The translations under genes were made by a program, and so were the position numbers. The notes below the pieces were generated by a model that searched no databases, was not told the DNA's origin, and worked only from the letters and a program-made list of their open reading frames with translations. This document shows, in pieces, positions 59,438-64,000 of a stretch of 64,000 nt of DNA. The stretch is from the IMG/VR virus record IMGVR_UViG_2084038018_000001, positions 1 to 64,000 of that record, one strand, 5' to 3'. The first letter of the stretch is position 1, and the number at the start of each line of letters is the position of its first letter. Origin of the DNA: a virus.

Positions 59438-60259
59438 GGCGTAAGACAGTTGAAGTCCGAGCCCGATAGTAGTCTTAAGGGATTCCTGCACAATCGTAGG
59501 GATCCCTTCTAAGAACTTCCCATCCTCAGCAGTAATCAAATCGAGCTTCTCTTTGTACCATACGGTACCGAACCCCGGATCGACCATCGCTAAGTCCTGT
59601 GCATTGTGCTGGATATCGAAGCACTTCAGCAGCCGGACACGCCAATCGGCATTGATCAGTTTGACACGCGTCGCCGCTTCACGCTCACGGCGGTTACCTA
59701 CCGTTTCGTGCGTCATGCCTTCGACGAGGGCGGAAACATCCTCACCGAACTCACGGGTCAGCGTGACATCTGTCACCCCTTGATCTTCCTTACAATCGTG
59801 CAGCAGTGCCGCACACACGAGGTTAACCTGACGGATCGTGATCACCTGGTCCATAGACGGATTGTGCAGGGTCACGAAGTCAGAGACTGAACGAGCGACC
59901 GGAACGAGGTGACCCTCGAAGTAGTCGATCCCGCTTCCCTTACGTACCTGCCCGGTGTGAGCTTCTTTCGCGAAGTCCCACGCACGCTGCAGCTTTTTGT
60001 GCATACCGGCAATGCCGAATGCCTCTTCAGTTTCAACACGTTTGTTCATAGTCGTTACCCCTAACTGGTCATACAGTTTTTGGCAGTAACTACGAACACC
60101 AGCTTCATAAGAAGGAGTACCATAGTATTGTGCCTCGATTTGGTCGATTAGACTGACGGCGACGTCGATATCTAACTTGAAGACCTTATCGAGCAGGTTC
60201 TCACGAGCGTATACTTGCCCCGCAGTAAATTCCGAGAGGTTTTGTGCTTCTGTGCTCAT
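59420..60259 (-). CDS. HD-domain (p)ppGpp pyrophosphohydrolase-like protein (SpoT/RelA hydrolase or MESH1-type)
   Basis: AKEAHTGQVRKGSGIDYFEGHLVPVA, AALLHDCKEDQGVT and FGEDVSALVEGMT match the RelA/SpoT hydrolase-domain motifs. No synthetase domain. Confidence 0.7.
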   Translation of the reverse strand: MSTEAQNLSEFTAGQVYARENLLDKVFKLDIDVAVSLIDQIEAQYYGTPSYEAGVRSYCQKLYDQLGVTTMNKRVETEEAFGIAGMHKKLQRAWDFAKEAHTGQVRKGSGIDYFEGHLVPVARSVSDFVTLHNPSMDQVITIRQVNLVCAALLHDCKEDQGVTDVTLTREFGEDVSALVEGMTHETVGNRREREAATRVKLINADWRVRLLKCFDIQHNAQDLAMVDPGFGTVWYKEKLDLITAEDGKFLEGIPTIVQESLKTTIGLGLQLSYALSAKK

Positions 60260-60426
60260 GGTTTGCTCCGACGTTCTTCGTTGAGTTGCTGTTGTTGTGG
60301 AGTCACAAAGTCTTCCTTGCAGCTCTCACAGTAGGAGAAGGTATGCTCAAACATACGGTCACCAACTTTGTACTTCTCGGTCTTTTCCATCACTGCCGAC
60401 CGGTTGCAGAAGACGCATTGAGTCAT
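60256..60426 (-). CDS. zinc-ribbon small protein (56 aa), absent from the ORF track
   Basis: MTQCVFCNRSAVMEKTEKYKVGDRMFEHTFSYCESCKEDFVTPQQQQLNEERRSKP, with C-x2-C...C-x2-C. AAGGTGAG SD. ATGA overlap with the hydrolase gene. Confidence 0.55.
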   Translation of the reverse strand: MTQCVFCNRSAVMEKTEKYKVGDRMFEHTFSYCESCKEDFVTPQQQQLNEERRSKP

Positions 60427-60483
60427 GGGTCTCACCTTAAAGCTAAGTTACGAATAGGACGCCCCGCCGAAGCGGGGTTTCCG

Positions 60484-60903
60484 TTAATCCCCGTAGACAG
60501 TCCGCACGATGGTTCTCGCACGGGACATGTCCACAGCACCCCCGAAGGAGTTCAGGTGTTTCAGGATCTGGCGTGGCTCCCGGAGACCGGAGGCCTTGAT
60601 ACGGTCACGCATCTCTGCGTCGCTCATCACTTCATCCACGTGGAAATCACTGAGGATGTCGATCACGAGTTCGGCAGTAGGGTCATCCGGCTTCATCTGC
60701 AGGGTGATGCCTGCGTGACGCAGGTGACGCTTGAGGATGTCATTCGCCTCTCCGTCATGAAGAACAGGATCCCTCGATTCGGTCAGCTTACGACGCGCTA
60801 AGTCACGCATCTCTCCTTCCACGATGGCGAGGATCTTTGCGTGCTGCGTGTGCCCGTGCTCGCGGGCGAACTGAAGAGCTTTAGCTATCTTGTTCTGGAT
60901 CAT
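60484..60903 (-). CDS. hypothetical protein, weakly GatB/YqeY-like (139 aa)
   Basis: Start taken at the internal ATG 60903. The C-terminus ILKHLNSFGGAVDMSRARTIV is reminiscent of YqeY. Weak call. Confidence 0.3.
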   Translation of the reverse strand: MIQNKIAKALQFAREHGHTQHAKILAIVEGEMRDLARRKLTESRDPVLHDGEANDILKRHLRHAGITLQMKPDDPTAELVIDILSDFHVDEVMSDAEMRDRIKASGLREPRQILKHLNSFGGAVDMSRARTIVRTVYGD

Positions 60904-61189
60904 GATTATCTTCCGGAGTTGGAGTGACATCCTTCAATACTATAGGACGACGGTTAGCAGTGGCACCGGCATAGAACGCACGGCACACCATGATGACCAG
61001 CAGAATGGTACCGATACGACGATTCGTAAGGATACCCTTGGCACCGTTCGCTACGAGCGAGATACCACAGACTGCCAGGAGGAGCAGACACAGAGAGACG
61101 TTATCGGAAACGAAGGTACGTAAGGCTACGCCGAAGTCGAAGTCCGCGAGGTCTTCTTGAAACTTGGCATGAGGATCTTGGTTAAGCAT
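60881..61189 (-). CDS. membrane protein (102 aa)
   Basis: AAGGAG SD. Helices VSLCLLLLAVCGISLVA and IGTILLVIMVCRAFYAG. Confidence 0.6.
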   Translation of the reverse strand: MLNQDPHAKFQEDLADFDFGVALRTFVSDNVSLCLLLLAVCGISLVANGAKGILTNRRIGTILLVIMVCRAFYAGATANRRPIVLKDVTPTPEDNHDPEQDS

Positions 61190-61217
61190 TGAATTCTCCT
61201 TGGTTGTTTACAGTATT

Positions 61218-61226
61218 CTTATACCA
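61218..61226 (-). promoter_or_regulatory. extended -10-like box TGGTATAAG (minus strand)
   Basis: 28 nt upstream of the ATG at 61189. Confidence 0.45.
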
Positions 61227-61250
61227 CGGAGCGGTAGGTTTTGAGGAAGA

Positions 61251-61499
61251 TCAGCGGCCGTAAATCATCTTAGATTCAACGATCGGTGTCTTGTAGATGG
61301 TTTCCAGCGTGTGGAGAATTCCCGGGAGGAAGAGCTCATGTACCTGCATGAGGCATTCGCTCTCAGGTTCGCCCGGTTCGCCGAGCCAGAGCTCGATGAT
61401 CCCCGTCGTCGTACGACGCCCGCGGACACCCTGTGAACGCTTAGGGTTCTCCGGCCAGGTCAGCGCCTTCTGCAGACGCGGAGTGTGTGCTTTCTTCAT
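61251..61499 (-). CDS. hypothetical protein (82 aa)
   Basis: ATGA overlap with the upstream gene. Confidence 0.55.
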   Translation of the reverse strand: MKKAHTPRLQKALTWPENPKRSQGVRGRRTTTGIIELWLGEPGEPESECLMQVHELFLPGILHTLETIYKTPIVESKMIYGR

Positions 61500-61702
61500 G
61501 CTTTAGCCTTAGGGAAGTTAGGATCGATTTCACGCAGACGGTCTTTGAGCTTCAGGATACGGGCTTTATCCCGTTCGAAGCGACCACCGGTGACCTGATT
61601 GAGGAGATCATTGCCGCATTGCCAGAAGGAGTAGTCTTCATGGAAGCGACGGTAGAGACGACGGAGGCGGCGTTTGAGCCACCAAATACGGAGTTTGTTC
61701 AT
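61496..61702 (-). CDS. hypothetical basic protein (68 aa)
   Basis: Start moved to ATG 61702 (AAGGAAA SD). The longer track ORF would run through the tRNA-like element. Confidence 0.55.
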   Translation of the reverse strand: MNKLRIWWLKRRLRRLYRRFHEDYSFWQCGNDLLNQVTGGRFERDKARILKLKDRLREIDPNFPKAKA

Positions 61703-61713
61703 AGGGGTTTCCT

Positions 61714-61800
61714 TGGCAGACGGTGGAGGAATCGAACCTCTCAGCTCCTTCCCACTTTTATATGCTAACGGCTTAGAAGACCGTTGTGGGTACACCGCCC
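61714..61800 (-). tRNA. tRNA-like element with encoded CCA; possibly a non-canonical or degenerate tRNA-Arg(UCU)
   Basis: The minus strand reads GGGCGGTGTACCCACAACGGTCTTCTAAGCCGTTAGCATATAAAAGTGGGAAGGAGCTGAGAGGTTCGATTCCTCCACCGTCTGCCA. It has a 7-bp acceptor pairing (two G-U), a T-arm with GGTTCGATTCC, and a hairpin AACGGT/GCCGTT with a 7-nt loop CTTCTAA (UCU). It has no recognisable D-arm; instead CCCAC pairs with GTGGG. Confidence 0.4.
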
Positions 61801-62235
61801 TTAGTCGGACCACGCTTCAGATAGTGTAAGGTCTTTGGTGAAGTTAATCAAGCCTGGGAGATCGTAGACCGTCTTGTGGTCAAGAACGTGAGTCTCGTTA
61901 TTTAAGAAAACGCACGTGAGTTCAATGCATTCGTCCTCGGTCTGCCAGATGATCCCACGAGTATTCGCATCCCCGATGGTCATGCAGAAATCGCTCATGA
62001 GACGATCGAACATCTCCGGACCGACGCCGGAACCCTTGAGACGAATGGAATCGAGAAGTTTGGCCATAGGCAGCTGCATGCCGCAGCAGTCACAGGACTC
62101 TCGAAGTTCCTGAACCGTCTCCGGCATCTGGATCATCAGATAGATGAGGTGTTGACCGTACTCCTCTCCATGCGACTTCCAGAGCGGAGAAAAGAATTGA
62201 CCCTTACGGGTAGACATTGTGACTAAAAGTTCCAT
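61801..62235 (-). CDS. hypothetical protein (144 aa)
   Basis: GGAG SD. The stop abuts the tRNA-like element. Confidence 0.6.
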   Translation of the reverse strand: MELLVTMSTRKGQFFSPLWKSHGEEYGQHLIYLMIQMPETVQELRESCDCCGMQLPMAKLLDSIRLKGSGVGPEMFDRLMSDFCMTIGDANTRGIIWQTEDECIELTCVFLNNETHVLDHKTVYDLPGLINFTKDLTLSEAWSD

Positions 62236-62273
62236 TGTTTCTCCGGTAGGCCCTCCGAAGAGGGCCGATAGAA

Positions 62274-63215
62274 TTACTGAACGAACAGACCTTTACCGCG
62301 GTTATAGGTCGAACGCATGGTCAGAACCTGGTTACCGACGTTGTTGAGATAGTCATCGAAGTACTCCGGCAGAGCTTCGATGATCACCGCATAGTTCTCA
62401 CCGTCGCCGAGTTCTTTACGACGGAACAGACCGATCAAGTCGCAGACGCAGTTCTCGAGGATCGAGATGTGCATCGCTTCCATACCGGTGATTTCACGCA
62501 GGCCGGTCTCACCCATCTTACGGATCAGACCTTTATCGAAGTCCAGCTCCTGGGCGTTCATGCACGCCATGATGGAGTCACGAACTTCAGTTTCCAGCTT
62601 CACGGCGAATTCCTTGAACTCGTTCTCGAAGGCTTCACCGCGATGACCTTTAGCTTCTACGACAGAAGCAACCAGGCTGTTGAAACGGTTGTTGTAACGT
62701 TTACGGGAAGTCTGCAGAATGTCGTAAGTTTTCTGAGAGTCGAGTTCGGAAGGGTTTGCACGGAAGTTCATAGCAGCACCATGGATCCAGTAGTCATGTA
62801 ACGCCATAGCACACTCATCCTGATAACGGATAAGCTTGGCACGTTTGCTTTCACGGACGATCTCACCGCTCGCCAACTTGGTGTCGATCATGTCGTCCGG
62901 GCTGATTTTGTTGCGGTTAACACTGAACAGGAAAGCGTTGACGGAAGTCAGAGGGATGATGGTAGAGACGAGAGTACGACCATCTGTCGACTCAGCTTTC
63001 GCCTCGAAGCAACCATAGCGGTTGTCTTCATCATCTTTCAGCTTAGCCAACTGGCTTGGCCAGTCGAGACCTAATTGTTCTACCAGACGACGAGCCACGA
63101 CGCCCAGTACCGGCTCGATACGAAGACCGTCCTTCGTCTCGATTTCAACTTCGGTTTCGATCACTGCGATTGGCTCACCGAAGAAATTGATGAGTGCCGG
63201 TTTGAAAGTTGACAT
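62274..63215 (-). CDS. antirepressor-like protein with a P22_AR N-terminal-type domain (313 aa)
   Basis: LVEQLGLDWPSQLAKLKDD...IIPLTSVNAFLFSVNRNKI resembles the P22 Ant N-terminal domain. AAGGAG SD. Confidence 0.55.
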   Translation of the reverse strand: MSTFKPALINFFGEPIAVIETEVEIETKDGLRIEPVLGVVARRLVEQLGLDWPSQLAKLKDDEDNRYGCFEAKAESTDGRTLVSTIIPLTSVNAFLFSVNRNKISPDDMIDTKLASGEIVRESKRAKLIRYQDECAMALHDYWIHGAAMNFRANPSELDSQKTYDILQTSRKRYNNRFNSLVASVVEAKGHRGEAFENEFKEFAVKLETEVRDSIMACMNAQELDFDKGLIRKMGETGLREITGMEAMHISILENCVCDLIGLFRRKELGDGENYAVIIEALPEYFDDYLNNVGNQVLTMRSTYNRGKGLFVQ

Positions 63216-63266
63216 TGTTTACTCCTTGGGTTAATAGGTGCGATACAGACCTTTGTCTATACTCTT

Positions 63267-63275
63267 CTTATACCA
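63267..63275 (-). promoter_or_regulatory. extended -10-like box TGGTATAAG (minus strand)
   Basis: Upstream of the 313-aa gene. A 16-bp palindrome lies about 25 nt further upstream. Confidence 0.45.
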
Positions 63276-63299
63276 AATATGGTTGAGATGTGGAGGATA

Positions 63300-63315
63300 G
63301 TTGGGATATCCCAAC
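63300..63315. promoter_or_regulatory. perfect 16-bp palindrome GTTGGGATATCCCAAC (operator-like)
   Basis: Read directly. Flanked by ATGGTTG / CAACCAT, which extends the symmetry. Confidence 0.5.
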
Positions 63316-63401
63316 CATGCTATAGTGTGAACTTCTTGATTTATAAGGGGAATTCAGTTGTATTGATGACAGTACAACTGAAACCCTTTACAATCAATTA
63401 C

Positions 63402-63752
63402 TTATGCCAAATGCCGTAGGGCTTCTTCTGCCAGATTCTTACCACGAAGATTGTCTCGTACCCTCAGCACCATCTTAGCTACGTCCGGCGGGCAACGATT
63501 AATCCCGATATCATCAAGAAGATTTTGAACGTGCTCCGAACGGATAGCGACTGACATTGCAGTCTTACCATCATCCGTAGGAAATCGCTCTTCGAACACG
63601 TTGTAGCGCTCTAGTGGATCAGCCTTAGCTTTTTGGTACTGACCGGCCCACTCTAATCCAAGCGCACGGACAATATCTCTGAGTTTGAATACAACGGTGC
63701 CATCAGCATACTGCTCAAACTCGACGAGGTCACCGAAGATATTCGTTCTCAC
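63402..63752 (-). CDS. small P22_AR N-terminal-type domain protein (116 aa), paralogue of the 313-aa protein's N-terminus
   Basis: IVRALGLEWAGQYQKAKADPLERYNVFEERFPTDDGKTAMSVAI aligns with LVEQLGLDWPSQLAKLKDDEDNRYGCFEAKAESTDGRTLVSTII. Confidence 0.55.
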   Translation of the reverse strand: MRTNIFGDLVEFEQYADGTVVFKLRDIVRALGLEWAGQYQKAKADPLERYNVFEERFPTDDGKTAMSVAIRSEHVQNLLDDIGINRCPPDVAKMVLRVRDNLRGKNLAEEALRHLA

Positions 63753-64000
63753 AGATACACCGCCTGATTTGGCTGGAGGTATTCCATGTTGATCGCCAGT
63801 GTGGCGAGCGGATCCGTCCCAGCTTCCATTGCACGCTTAATGTCGTTGAGCGTCTGCAACATAATGGTAGGCGTCTCACCGACCATCAAGTTAGCGTTCG
63901 CCGTAGCGAGGCCGAGTGCATGCTCTTCGAGGCGGCGGGCTGCCGGTCCTTCGACATGTTCCAGCAAGTCACCGGTGCTCTTATCGATACGGATATCACG
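63749..64000 (-). CDS. hypothetical protein, 3' part; 5' end outside window
   Basis: The minus-strand frame is open to base 64000 (RDIRIDKSTGDLLEHVEGPAARR...). The track 'M' at 63967 is a TTG codon. Confidence 0.5.
   Translation of the reverse strand, partial: RDIRIDKSTGDLLEHVEGPAARRLEEHALGLATANANLMVGETPTIMLQTLNDIKRAMEAGTDPLATLAINMEYLQPNQAVYL

Noticed and set aside
61714-61800. tRNA-like element as an attP/integration core
   Set aside because: No integrase, excisionase or repressor gene is visible in the window, and the sequence includes a full acceptor pairing rather than just a 3' tRNA fragment. Integration is not supported by anything seen here.
1-64000. CRISPR arrays, rRNA genes, transposases/IS elements
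   Set aside because: I found no short regularly spaced direct repeats, no rRNA-like stretches and no transposase or integrase motifs while reading both strands. The only long repeat is the two-copy 197-bp element.

Overview
This window reads as one contiguous piece of a contractile-tailed dsDNA phage genome. I saw no rRNA, CRISPR array, integrase or clearly cellular genes. All functional calls come from reading motifs in the supplied translations and the DNA. No database, HMM or folding search was run.

Strand blocks:
- 1-18.9 kb, rightward virion genes: a Big_2/Ig-like protein fragment, a 386-aa and a giant 3198-aa repetitive fibre-like protein, neck-region genes, three micro-ORFs, tail sheath, tube, and central spike plus PAAR tip.
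- 19.0-21.1 kb, leftward: three unknown genes plus a mini-operon.
- 21.6-24.7 kb, rightward: six unknown genes.
- 24.6-29.1 kb, leftward: a six-gene operon encoding a 66-aa ubiquitin-like protein ending in Gly, two unknown proteins, an E2-like protein, a JAMM/JAB peptidase and a ThiF/E1-like enzyme. This is the most interesting item.
- 29.2-47.7 kb, rightward: large terminase, a -1 frameshifted tail-chaperone pair, tape measure, a hub with lysozyme plus M15 peptidase domains, a sigma factor, gp25-like and J-like baseplate genes, and a holin-like protein.
- 47.7-64 kb, leftward early/metabolic genes with one rightward endolysin embedded. They include dNMP kinase, class Ia RNR nrdA/nrdB, two HD hydrolases (one SpoT-like), a RuvC-like resolvase, antirepressor-like paralogues and many small membrane proteins.

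Non-coding structure:
- A 197-bp intergenic element is present twice (3 mismatches), with a 14-bp terminal inverted repeat around an AT-rich core.
- A family of extended -10-like boxes (TGGTATAAG) lies in front of leftward units.
- A TTAAA[AC]TA box lies in front of rightward units.
- There are many GC-stem/tetraloop terminators.
- A 21-nt exact inverted pair sits 37 kb apart.
- A non-canonical tRNA-like element carries an encoded CCA.
- There are two candidate -1 frameshift sites.
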